Assembly: GCA_964016885.1 (NCBI GenBank)
Contig: OZ024740.1
Span: 326,244,001 to 326,308,000 of the forward strand
DNA from: Eledone cirrhosa
Lineage: Eukaryota
Direction of reading: 5' to 3'
DNA: 64,000 bases
The notes under the pieces were generated by a model, which searched no databases, had not been told where the DNA came from, and was given only the letters and a program-made list of their open reading frames with translations. Positions 38,188-48,907 of the stretch are shown here, piece after piece (position 1 is the stretch's first letter; every line of letters begins with the position of its first letter). The translations under genes were made by a program, and so were the position numbers.

Positions 38188-40422
38188 TCACATAAAAATA
38201 GTTTGGCAGAACTTTTTGGGCCAGTGGACTCTCCGACCGGAACGGGTCGTAGTCTTGTATGTAGGTGAAGGTGGGGCAGAAGGAGCAGGTGTATGCACAA
38301 GAGAGAAAGATTGGGGTATTTGTGACTCGGGTGTATGAGCGTCATTGTGTGCCCTTTTCAGTCTATCCACCGAAATTGTCTCTCTGGACCCCTTAACGTC
38401 TACAGTGAAATGTTTGTCAGTGCGTGCTAACACACGGTAGGGTCCAGAGTATGGTTGTATGAGGGGTGGTCTCACAGCATCGTTCCTTACGAACACATGG
38501 GTCCACGAGGCAATGTCCCTCGGGACCGCAGGTTTTACAGTTTGCTTCCTCGTATCCATCGGCGGCAGGTCCTGTAAATAAGAACGCAGACGGGATACGT
38601 AGGAAAGCGGATCTTGGAAAGCAAGATCAACAGGGGCAAGCATTTGCCCAGGCAACGCTAGAGGAGCACCGTAAATTAATTCGGCCGGGTAGAACCCAAG
38701 GTCCTCCTTTATTGATGACCGAATTCCTAATAACACAATAGGAAGGTACTCGCTCCAACGTTGAGAGTCTGGATAGGCGCGAAGAGCGGCCTTTAATTGG
38801 CGGTGGAATCGTTCCACCATTCCGTTTGAAGCAGGATGATAGGCTGTGGTCCGAATCCGTTGAGCTCCAATTATTTTGGTGAGCTCAGAGAAGAGATGGG
38901 ACTCGAATTGTCTACCGCAGTCTGTGGTGAGTGTAGTTGGTACCCCAAAGCGGGTAATCCACCCTGATACCAGGGCACGTGCTACAGTCTCAGCAGTGAT
39001 GTCTTGTAAAGGAATGGCTTCAGGCCATCGCGAAAAACGATCGACACACGTCAATATGTAGGAATATCCACTGCTGAATGGCCAAGGTCCAACGATGTCA
39101 ATGTGGATGTGTTGGAACCGAGCATCTGGAGTGGTGAAAGTACCCAGTGGAGTCCGGATGTGTCTATGGATCTTCGATTTCTGGCAAGCGATACAGGAAC
39201 GGCACCAAGCGGCAATGTCGCGCCTCATATTAGGCCAGAAGAATCTGGCTGTTATGAGTTTAACTGTGGCAGCAGATCCTGGATGAGAAATGTTGTGCAA
39301 AGCCAGGAACATAATTCGACGGTGAGTCTGAGGAACAAGTGGTTGTGGTGCATCAGTGGATACATCACAAAGAATCTGCCTGTCGGTGGTGGACAAGGGC
39401 AGATATTTGAAAATGCAAGTCGCAAATTCAGTAGAAAGAGTGTCCAACGATTGGAGTGCAGGTTGGTCTGCAGCTAAACGACCTAAGTCGATCTCCTGGG
39501 ATGACGAGATGGAGCTAATTGACAAACGTGATAATGTGTCTGCAACTATGTTGTGCGAGCCGGCAATGTGCTGGATATCGTTTGTAAATTCTGAAACGTA
39601 GTCCAGGTGCCTTGTCTCTCTGGGCGAATATCTGTCGGCTTTGGCCCTCAAAGCGAAGGTCAACGGTCTGTGGTCGGTAAAAACCGTAAAATTTTTCCCC
39701 TCAAGGATATGAGAGAAATGTTTCACCAACAGATATATGGCTAATAATTCCCGCCCAAACGTGCTGTAACGCGTTTCTGCTGGTTTCAACTTCCTCGAGA
39801 AAAATGCCAAAGGTTGTTGGTTTTCAGCGTAAGACTGCTGTAAAACTGCTCCCACAGCGGTATCAGATGCATCAACACAAAGCGAAAGCTTGGCCTCTGG
39901 TACCGGGTGGGCTAGCAAAGAAGAAGTAGCGAGGGCTGTCTTGGCAGACTGGAAGTCCTGAAGCTGTCCTTGTGTCAAGGAAATGTCTTCATTCTTCTTA
40001 CGACGATTTTTTAAAATGTCAGTAAGGGAAGATAGCCAATTAGCACAATGAGGAATGAAACGCCTATAGAAATTGATTAGGCCTAAGAAGTGACGCAACT
40101 GGTGAAGTGTAGTAGGCGGCAGTAACTCCTGTATGGCTTGAACTCGCTGATGGAGCGGCCTAATACCTTCGGCGTCGATGAGGTGGCCTAAAAAATGTAG
40201 GGAAGTGGAACCGAAAACACACTTTGCAGGATTCACGCGAACGCGGTAATCCTGAAGTCGCCGAAGTAAGAGAAGCATGTGGCGTATATGCTCTTCCGAG
40301 GAGGAACTAGCGACGAGAATATCGTCTATGTAAGCATAGACGAAGTCCAGACCACGCGTGACCTCGTCTATGAACCGCTGAAAAGTGCTAGCGGCGTTCC
40401 TGAGTCCGAAAGGCATGGTCAA
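38188..40422 (-). CDS. pol: Gypsy Pol C-terminal part: RT, RNase H, integrase
   Basis: YIDD; DAS/ELLA/TDH; HHCC; D,D35E (HIDIVG, TTDCG, MVERFH); GPY. Confidence 0.93.
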   Translation of the reverse strand: MTMPFGLRNAASTFQRFIDEVTRGLDFVYAYIDDILVASSSSEEHIRHMLLLLRRLQDYRVRVNPAKCVFGSTSLHFLGHLIDAEGIRPLHQRVQAIQELLPPTTLHQLRHFLGLINFYRRFIPHCANWLSSLTDILKNRRKKNEDISLTQGQLQDFQSAKTALATSSLLAHPVPEAKLSLCVDASDTAVGAVLQQSYAENQQPLAFFSRKLKPAETRYSTFGRELLAIYLLVKHFSHILEGKNFTVFTDHRPLTFALRAKADRYSPRETRHLDYVSEFTNDIQHIAGSHNIVADTLSRLSISSISSSQEIDLGRLAADQPALQSLDTLSTEFATCIFKYLPLSTTDRQILCDVSTDAPQPLVPQTHRRIMFLALHNISHPGSAATVKLITARFFWPNMRRDIAAWCRSCIACQKSKIHRHIRTPLGTFTTPDARFQHIHIDIVGPWPFSSGYSYILTCVDRFSRWPEAIPLQDITAETVARALVSGWITRFGVPTTLTTDCGRQFESHLFSELTKIIGAQRIRTTAYHPASNGMVERFHRQLKAALRAYPDSQRWSEYLPIVLLGIRSSIKEDLGFYPAELIYGAPLALPGQMLAPVDLAFQDPLSYVSRLRSYLQDLPPMDTRKQTVKPAVPRDIASWTHVFVRNDAVRPPLIQPYSGPYRVLARTDKHFTVDVKGSRETISVDRLKRAHNDAHTPESQIPQSFSLVHTPAPSAPPSPTYKTTTRSGRRVHWPKKFCQTIFM

Positions 40423-41332
40423 AAATTCGAATGATCCGAAAGGGGGTTGTAATCGCAGTTTTCGGAATATCCTCCTTCCTGACCGGAATTTGGTGGTAGG
40501 CTCGCACTAAATCTAACTTAGAAAAAATCTTACACCCCTGCAGTGAAGATGCAAAATCGTGGAGATGGGGAATGGGATACCTATCCGGGACGGTCATGGC
40601 ATTTAACCTCCTATAATCCCCCGTGGGTCTCCAGTCGCCGGAAGTCTTGGGCACCATGTGTAACGGTGAAGCCCAAGGACTCGTAGATGGGCGAATAATG
40701 CCCAGCTGCAGCATATGGTCGAACTCGGACCGTGCTGCCTTTAATTTTTCCGTCGGTAAGCGGCGTGGACGCGAAAACACTGGGGCACCGGTGGTGGAAA
40801 CGAAATGTTCGGTCGAGTGTGCTGGGTCAGTGACTCGAAAATTTCCATCCGTGAGCTCCGGGAAAGAACCCAGTAACGCATGGTAAGCGTCACCAGCGGC
40901 AGCGATAAAGAATACGGGGCTGACTATTGGGGCTATGGCTTCCTGGCCATGAATTGAAAAGCCGGTGATGTTATCCACCAGGCGTTGGCCACGGACGTCC
41001 ACAGTTAAAGAGAAGTTGTGGGGGAAATCCGCTCCTAAGATGGGATATGGCAAATCGGCAACTGTAAAAATCCACTTAAAATCCCTTCGAAGATTTAGGA
41101 ATTTAAGAGGGAGCGAGATTTGCCCGTACGTCTTTATAGACGAGTGTTTAACTGCCTGCAGCGTAACAGATGACTCTATGGGGGTATCTTTCAGGCAATG
41201 GACCGGCCAGATACTACAGGAGGCTCCTGTATCCACGAGGAAACCTCTTCCGGATATTAGGTCCTTAATGAAGAAATGGCGGTTTGGTGGCTTTATGTTG
41301 AGGCCATCTGTCCCCATCAGAGGACCTCTCAT
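40388..41332 (-). CDS. pol: Gypsy Pol N-terminal part: protease and RT start (1-bp insertion near 40440 breaks TTPFG)
   Basis: [26 protein letters not shown] and KTAITTPF. Confidence 0.9.
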   Translation of the reverse strand: MRGPLMGTDGLNIKPPNRHFFIKDLISGRGFLVDTGASCSIWPVHCLKDTPIESSVTLQAVKHSSIKTYGQISLPLKFLNLRRDFKWIFTVADLPYPILGADFPHNFSLTVDVRGQRLVDNITGFSIHGQEAIAPIVSPVFFIAAAGDAYHALLGSFPELTDGNFRVTDPAHSTEHFVSTTGAPVFSRPRRLPTEKLKAARSEFDHMLQLGIIRPSTSPWASPLHMVPKTSGDWRPTGDYRRLNAMTVPDRYPIPHLHDFASSLQGCKIFSKLDLVRAYHQIPVRKEDIPKTAITTPFRIIRIFDHAFRTQERR

Positions 41333-42123
41333 GCGTTTCCCACCTTATGATAGGAGCAAGGTTGCACGCAGTGCTTCGCGTTCTCAGCAAATCGCTCGTG
41401 GTACCAGCATAGGGATGAAGCTGGTGATTTGGAACGCCGTCTGAAACTTTTCGATCTCCCGCAACTGTGGGAGCGCGAACAGCCACCACACAAGGCCTTT
41501 ATATTGTGGAGCTCCATGGTGAGCTCCTGAATGGACCTTTGCATCGCAATGATAGTCGAGCTGTCTGTTGGTGCTGCCGCGTAGATCGCATGGCCGTGTG
41601 TGGTCCGAGCTGGGTGTTGAACAGCGGCAAGGGGGTCGCTGTCTCTGGCATTCGTCACCTCGAAAATTTTGTCCACAGATGAGGCAAGCTGCTCAACCGT
41701 GCTTGAATCCCTCATGGGGGCCAAAATTGCCTGTACGTTTGTCGGCAGGCGCGAAAAGAACAACTGCTTCAGCAGGACAGTTTCCGCTGCAGACCCCTCC
41801 GTTAGGTCCTTCATTCGCCTAAGGAGGTCCGATGGGGTGCCATCCCCTATATGCTCCAGATGGACCAGAGCCCTAAATCTCTTCTCTGAAGACTGTTCTG
41901 TCCGGCTGACTATTTCAGCCTTCAGAGACGTGTACGACGAGTCTGTCGTTGCCTCTAACACGAGGTCCTTAACCGCTGGGAGAATTGCCGGCGGAAATGC
42001 GCTGAGGACCTCAGAATGTTGTAGTTCCTCGTCAACTCTGTTCGCCCTGAAGAAAGCTCCTAACTGCGAGAACCATAGCCTTACGTCGCCCGTGTACGTT
42101 GGCAGAACAGAGTGGGAAGCCAT
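41329..42123 (-). CDS. gag: Gypsy Gag with a CHCC knuckle
   Basis: WFSQL motif. CWYH-x9-C-x3-C, characteristic of the CsRn1 clade. Ends at slippery G GGA AAC. Confidence 0.9.
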   Translation of the reverse strand: MASHSVLPTYTGDVRLWFSQLGAFFRANRVDEELQHSEVLSAFPPAILPAVKDLVLEATTDSSYTSLKAEIVSRTEQSSEKRFRALVHLEHIGDGTPSDLLRRMKDLTEGSAAETVLLKQLFFSRLPTNVQAILAPMRDSSTVEQLASSVDKIFEVTNARDSDPLAAVQHPARTTHGHAIYAAAPTDSSTIIAMQRSIQELTMELHNIKALCGGCSRSHSCGRSKSFRRRSKSPASSLCWYHERFAENAKHCVQPCSYHKVGNA

Positions 42124-43263
42124 TGGTATGCCGTAGGCAATCTACCGTTTGGGGAAAATGTCTCTAACGTAACAGAAAAGGAAAACTAAATTCTTTCGTC
42201 AGACCACTGGACCGGAAAAATAATGCATCCGGGACAATGTGCGAACAAGCGATTACTTGAATGCTGTTATACTACGTTAAGTGCGAGGAACCTAAAAACT
42301 CAAAAAAAAAAATCCAACATGGCGGACTATTTCGCGCCCAAAACACTATTGATCTAGAAGAGAGACTCCATCTTGTCATCCTCAGAAATTTTTTAGCCTG
42401 TCTTGTTGTTGATGTTGTTGTCTCGCGGAGTGAGCGTATTCGGTGTTTAAATTCACAGGAAAAAAAAAAATTTTTCGGAAAAAATGAGTTGCGCAAAGTG
42501 TTAGAAATAACAGCCGAAGTTGATGGTTGATGGTCGATGTTGAGAATGCGTTGACCTGGAAGGGTCAAGAGGCCAGCGACCAAAGAAATAAGCATTCTGA
42601 ATAAATGCGCAGTTTTCAACGGCAAATTTACGTGGTCAATTTTTAAACCGGCAAATAGGAGAATATAGCTTAAGGCTGAAGAAGCCTTGGCGAGAAACGT
42701 TATCTCTGGCGTGCGGCTATCTCTGTGAGTCGAGATATCTCTGTGAGTCGAGAATTTGTGCTGCCTACACGTGCCAATACAAGGTTAAGTTAGGTTTAAA
42801 AAATAATATTTCTAACGCGCGAGAAAATGATAGTGCAAGCGTGAAAGTGACAATGATGAAAAAGAAAGGCTTCACTTAGCATAATTATTGGTGCGAACTT
42901 TGGAAAAAAAAAACTTGAACGATGAAGAAAACGATGAAAAAAAAAGGCAATGGTTCATCGAAAATAAATGTTCCTGTTGAAATGTTTTTTTAAAAAATAT
43001 CAAATTTCTTGTTTTTTTTTTTTTGTTTTGAAAGTGTTCGTTGTTAGAAACGAGAAACATATATATATATCGTGAAATGCGACAGTTAGTTGATGCGTGA
43101 GAGAAAAGGTCTGTCTGTGCGAAAATTTCACATGTGCGTTTCTTTGACTGCGTATTTTCATAGTTTGTCAATAAAATTTGCTGTGTATTCGTAATGTTAC
43201 TCACACAACACCAGATTCTGCTATTTTTTTCTTTTTTTGGGGTGACCACTTATAACAATGAAC

Positions 43264-43295
43264 GGCTGCGTGTTCGTATCACGTCAGGGTTACCA
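43264..43295 (-). other. Primer-binding site complementary to the tRNA-Trp 3' end (extended to 32 nt)
   Basis: The plus strand reads GGCTGCGTGTTCGTATCACGTCAGGGTTACCA, close to the eukaryotic tRNA-Trp T-arm, acceptor stem and CCA. Confidence 0.85.
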
Positions 43296-43296
43296 A

Positions 43297-43487
43297 TTTA
43301 GCGGAAATACTGGGTTGTATGAATGTAACAAAGAGACACTGTTTGTGTGTATAATATTTAATCAACAATTTAACAGTATAGTTGACATGTCAATGAATAA
43401 ACGAAAGAATGAAGCAAAGTTAGTAGTTACCGTCTTGATTGCCAGGCGCCGGAGATTGTCATGGCAAGGGAGGCTACTCTTACTACA
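43297..43487 (-). repeat. 5' LTR (191 bp), dissimilar to the 3' LTR
   Basis: Abuts both the PBS and the TSD. Shares only ~36 bp strongly with the 3' LTR. A related solo fragment lies at ~48670-48784. Confidence 0.65.
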
Positions 43488-44723
43488 ATTCCATAACCGT
43501 AGACATCAGCGAAGCAACTGACAGCAATGTCATAATTCAGAATGAAATCAAGAATTTTCTAGATGCCAGATATGTGAGTACTCCAGAAGGAATGTGGAGA
43601 TTGCTTGAATTCAAAATGCATGACAAATCCCATGCAATTATTTGCCTGCCTATTCATCTCCTGCAGGAACAACCCGTCTATTTTGAGAGGGACAAGAAAG
43701 ACGAGCGCTAGAAAGAGCTGCGCAACGGAACACTCCTCTAACAGCATGGTTCTTGCTCAACGAAAAAGATGAAAATGCAAGACAATATCTATATGTAGAC
43801 ATTCCTTATTATGTCTACAATAAGAAAACGATGCAGTGGTCTCGCAGACAATGTGGAGCTGACAAAATCAAAAGTCGAATGTATTCTGTCAACCCCAAGT
43901 GTCTGGAAAGATTTTACATGAAACTTTTGTTGCTGCACGTTAAAGGAGCTTGAAGTTTTGAAGAAATGAAAACCATAGATTAGGTCATATGCGGCAGCTA
44001 TAAAGAAGCAGCAGAGCACCAGCAATTGGTTCAAAATGACAATGAGTGGAGAAGTTGTTTAGAAGAGGCTTCTTCAACAAATATACCAAAGCAGCTCCGG
44101 CAGCAGTTTGCACTCATTTGCATTTTCAATAATCTAATCAATCCTGACATACTGTTCAACAAGTTTGATGAAAGTTTGACTGGAGACTTTTTTAGACATC
44201 ACACTAGAAAAATCTCAGTACAACTGGCTTTACGAGAAATTGAAACAACGTTGTCCTTGCGAGGTTTGACATGCCGAGATTTGCATCTTCCGATTGTTGA
44301 TATGCCTTTGATGAATGCCCAGAATGTAAAACAAATCCAGGACGACCTTGGAGTGGAAGGACAAATTACCTCTTTGACAGACAATCAGCGTTGTGTGTTT
44401 GATCAAATTGTCATAGCTATTGATAGCTTAGATAGCCGTGGTGGTACAGGAAAAACGTACCTCTACAGTAACTTGATACCACATTTGAATTGAGAAGGAA
44501 AGCGTGTTGTCTCATTTGCTACAACAGGCATTGTGGCTGATATATTGCACAGAGGAAGAACTGTACACAGTGGCTTTAAGCTCCCAGTCCCTATCTTGGA
44601 AAATTCTACACCACTACCAGCTCTGGAAAATTAAAATTAGCTGACCTAATAATACTTGATGAGGTATCAATGCTTTCAGGAAATGCATTGAGGTGCATTG
44701 ATCTACTGCTAAAGGAAATAATT

Positions 44724-44894
44724 GTTTCTACTTTTGGCACAAGGCAAGTAATTACCCAGTGCATACTGGTACTTTATTTTATCGATCACGTAAGGATGAA
44801 AGGCAAAGTTAACCTCGGCGGGATTTTAACTCAGTCTGTAAAGGGATGTAACTATGCTGCAAAGCATAGCGTCCGGCCCTCTACCGATACTGCC
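44724..44894 (-). mobile_element. Full-length tRNA-SINE inserted in the helicase
   Basis: 12-bp TSD AAGGAAATAATT at 44712-44723 and 44895-44906. A and B boxes present. Confidence 0.9.
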
Positions 44895-45735
44895 AAGGAA
44901 ATAATTATTTCGGTAAAGTTTTCCTTTTTGGAGGGGAATTTGGGTAAACTGCGCCGGTTATTCCGAGAGGATCAAATGCTGCTATAATTGAATCTTCAAT
45001 CAAATATTCTCTTCTGTGGACAGATGTGACAATTTTTACTTTAACTGAGAATATGCGAATAAATGGACAAGAAGAATTCAATGCATGGCTTCTTAGCATA
45101 GGAAATGGAATAGTCACTAATGGTGTGGGCTTAGATGAAGATCTGATAGAAATACCTGAAACCACGCTTTCATCTGGAAATTTGATAAGAGACGTAGTTG
45201 GCGACGATATTTCTGTAGTAAGTATCGGTGATATTGATGAAATTTCAACAAAAATTATTTTAACACCAAAAATCAAAAATTGAACTGAATACCAAGATAT
45301 TATCACTTCTAGATGGAGACTTATAGATATATCAAAGTGTTGATGTGTTGGTTGACGAAAGTGACGAGAATATCATGAATTATTTGGAAGAGTTTTTGAA
45401 TTCTCTGGTGCGGTCAGGCATGCCTCCTTACAATCTAGCACTGAAGAAAAATTCTTGCTGAAAGCTACTTCATTTTTGGTTTTATCTTCAAATGAATTTT
45501 ATATTCATGCAAAAATCATTACTGGCAGTAAAAAAAGGAAATGAAGCTTTCATACCACTAGTTGACCTGCGCCCGAGTGAAACAGATCTACCCTTCAATA
45601 TGGGCAGACGGCAATTCCTTGTGATACCAACGTTTATCATGACCATAAACAAATCGCAAGGACAGAGCTTCGAAAAAGTGGGTATTTACTTGCCAGCTCC
45701 CGTATTTAGTCAGGGCCAGCTTTATGTGGCCTTAA

Positions 45736-45953
45736 CCCTTTAGCATTTAAACCGGCCGTATCCGGCCAAAATGCTCTCAACCCTTTGTATTCAAACCGGT
45801 TGTAACTGGCCGCTCATACCTACATTAAGGTATTGTTCTCAAAATAAATATCAAAATCTCATAGATTCAATATTATGTGAGGTAATTATGTAAGATAAAG
45901 CCTTTACCACAAAAATGCTATAGTAAATATAGAGTGATGTAAATGCTAAAGGG
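45736..45953. mobile_element. piggyBac-type MITE (218 bp)
   Basis: TTAA TSD and 14-bp TIR CCCTTTAGCATTTA. Excision restores the helicase motif YVALSR. Confidence 0.92.
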
Positions 45954-46246
45954 TTAAGTCGTACCAGAAGGAGGGAAACTTTAAAATTCTTTTGAAGGAA
46001 ACAAGCAGTCAAGGCATGTTAGTTGCGGATAGATTTTTCACAAAAAAAAAAAATTGTAATAAAAAAATGATTAAACTAAAAACTTGGTTTTGTACCCTTT
46101 TTATATATAAAATACTACATTTAGCCATCATTTTTGACGGCACGGGGTCAGCTAGTATATTAATATTATTTTTAATCGAATCACATCCATATGTAGAATA
46201 AGCTATTTCGTATGAAATATAAAATGATTGTAAAATTGTCACGTAA

Positions 46247-47141
46247 TCTATATATATAAAACTGTGGTTGTCTGTCTGTCTATCGATTTTTGGCACACAT
46301 CTCCTCTTAGAATCTCTCACGGAATTGCACCGAAATCGCTATACTTGTACATTGAGCCCTAGCGAAGACATCGGAAAAAAAAATATTTCAAATTCACCCA
46401 CCCTATGTGACGAAATCGAATATAATGTATCGATTTTTGAGCGTAAGTGATCAGTTATTTCCCTTTGTTCTGTTTACATTGAGCGTCTGCGTGCAAAAAT
46501 TAAAAAAATTACGCTGGCTTTCTCAGCGTTTAAAATTACATTAACACAATACACGATTTAAAGACTACGTAAAACAAGCCTTTTAAAACAATATTTTGAC
46601 TTGAAAACAAGTCTATTTAAAAACTACTTAAAACAAGCAAATATTTCGTAAAAAAAAAGCAAAAATTATATAAGTTTATATAAAATATATGTATCTGTAA
46701 ATTTCGTTAGGCGTGCAGACAGACAGTCGTGCAGAGAGGTGATATAGGCGTGCAGACAGACAGTCGTGCAGAGAGGTGATATAGGCGTGCAGACAGACAG
46801 TCGTGCAGAGAGGTGATATAGGCGTGCAGACAGACATAACTGATAATTTGGTTACGCTAATGTTTTTCTCTGCGTTGCAGTGTTTACATTTTCGATCTTT
46901 GTTAATAAATAACCAGTGCAGTTTCTATCCCCAGCATCCTCTTTTGTTATAACATTCGGGTTATCGTTATGTTTTCTTAACTTCATAAGGCATATTGTTG
47001 GTTGAGGGAATATTAATCAAAAACACCACATGCAAGTCTGCACAGTAGACACTACAGTTTTTAAGCCAAGAAAGAAACTTAACATTGTAACTTTAACACA
47101 GCTACTGAGCGACCCCGAGCAACGCCGGGCTTTACTGCTAG
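46247..47141 (+). mobile_element. Non-autonomous Helitron with an internal perfect 37-bp tandem repeat (46708-46836)
   Basis: A|TCTATATATATAAA start, CCCGAGCAACGCCGGG hairpin and CTAG|T end. Confidence 0.88.
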
Positions 47142-47199
47142 TATATATATATATATATGTTATTACTTGCTTGTGGCTAGGTCTCTCAGGTAGGGAATC

Positions 47200-48010
47200 T
47201 TATTCATGTTGCTCAGTTTTACCAGCCCTCTGACATTTAGTAGTAGCACTGGTATGACATTTGGCGTGTCAATGGTGGACACTCAGGGTTCTTTATTTGT
47301 TGTGGTCGCTAATGTTAATGCGAAAGTCAGCTGTCTCACAAACTCTTCTGCCATGTTTAAAAAAGAATGTTGCCCAATAGCTACATCTGGATACTGTCTC
47401 CTCTTCATTGGGGCAGTATGTGCAATATCAGCATATTTACTGGACCCTGTGAGCTACGAGTGTAAACTCGGCCGAAGATGTGTGCTGTATTGTTTACCAA
47501 TGTTTGTTTTGCCTAGAGTATTTGGGATGAGCAGGTTGGGCACAGCTCGTCTAGTCTGGGGGTGTAAAACTGCAGCTTGTCCCATCATCCCTATGTCAAC
47601 AGGTCCCTTTCTTGTAGAATGTATAGACTACTTGAGCTTTCTTATTTCCAGGGTCTCTGTTTTTCTTAGTTTTCGTCTTCTTCATTTGTCCACTGGTTGC
47701 CTCATACCTGTTTATTTACATTTTTCTTCTTTTTGGGGTCCACATATTGACTATCTCAGGCCATCTCACTCTCAGCAGCTCTATGTGGCCTTATCAGCAT
47801 GTAGGCGTGAATAAATTTGTTCATTTTTTGCTCTATCTGTGCCATCATTTAAAAAAAAGCCACAGGTTTTCAAGTCTCCACAATTAGCTTGTTTGACAGG
47901 GACCCGTTGGCCAAGCTCCAGGCTCTGAGCATTGACTCCAATTCCTTCGCTTTCTAATTTCGTTGATTTTTATTTTCATTTTCATGAGCATTGTTCTTAT
48001 TGTGTATTTC
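47200..48010 (-). mobile_element. Possible CR1-type LINE ORF1 remnant
   Basis: Minus-strand FYKKGTC.HRDDGTSCSFT resembles a CCCH finger. Heavily degraded. Confidence 0.3.
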
Positions 48011-48823
48011 ACTGGGGTTTCACAAGAAACAAACGAAATTTAGATTTTAGCTCTTCACCTCAGAGTAAATGAAAAAATATATTTGTTACTACCTTAATAT
48101 ATCGCTAATTAAATAAATAAATAAAATTAAAATATCTACCTGAAATATTTCAATAATTAATTAAATAATGGGGTGTGACTGCAGAGGATATGCGTAGACT
48201 GGAGAGAAATGGAACGAATTGAAGCAACCATGTTGCGTTGGTTATGCAATGTAAATGTGAGAGAAAGGCAGAGCTTGGATGAGCTAAGAGAGAAGCTAGG
48301 CTTAAAGGAAATCTGAGATGGTGTGTAGGAGAGAAGACTGCATTGGTATGGACATGTGATACACATGGACAATGACTAATGGGTGAAGAAATGCCAGGAA
48401 ATCTCAGTGAAAGGAAACTTCAATTGAGGACAACCTAGAAAGACTTGGGCGGAGGTTGTGAGAGCAGACCTCAAATCGCTAAAACTGGCAGAGGAGATGA
48501 TGAAGGAATGCGACAAGGGAAGAGATGCCATCCTGAGTAGGACCCATCCAACCCATGCAAGGATGGAAAAGCGGATGTAAAAATGATGATGATGATAACA
48601 ATGATGATAATATATATATATATAATAGAATTAGAATTTAGCTTCAAACAAAGCTAAATACAAATATGTTATAGCGGAGTTGCTAGCGGTGTATGAATGT
48701 AACAAGGAGGCATGGTTTGTGTGTATAATATTTAATCAACAATTTAACAGTATAGTTGACATGTCAATGAATAAACGAAAGAATATATATATATTTGGAC
48801 ATGTGTTGGTAAATACAAATGTT

Positions 48824-48907
48824 ATTTAATAGATATCTGAGGAGATTAACATACCAAGAACAAATATTCCTGTTATGTTAATTGAAACGTTTGTCAATCA
48901 ATTAAAT
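48824..48907 (+). ncRNA. Hammerhead ribozyme-like motif (type I, degenerate stem I)
   Basis: CTGAGGA-GATTAACATA/TATGTTAATT-GAAAC-GTTT-GTC. Confidence 0.6.

Larger units (their letters stand above)
36754..43487 (-). mobile_element. CsRn1-clade Ty3/Gypsy LTR retrotransposon inserted in the Helitron
   Basis: 4-bp TSD ATTC at 36750-36753 and 43488-43491; excision restores the Rep frame GYDS-ITV. PPT 37186-37200. Trp PBS 43264-43295. Confidence 0.85.
43492..46155 (+). pseudogene. Helitron 3' part: Rep end, PIF1 helicase and CTAG terminus
   Basis: ARYVS..E..WR, ERFY..LLLHV.G, GGTGKT, DEVSM, MTINKSQGQS and QLYVALSR. Ends TGAC..GTCA-GCTAG|T. Confidence 0.9.

Noticed and set aside
43264-43295. tRNA-Trp gene
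   Set aside because: Only the 3' portion is present, CCA is encoded, and it abuts an LTR, so it is a PBS.
47206-47814. 202-aa plus-strand ORF
   Set aside because: No recognisable domain; more likely antisense to a decayed LINE ORF1.
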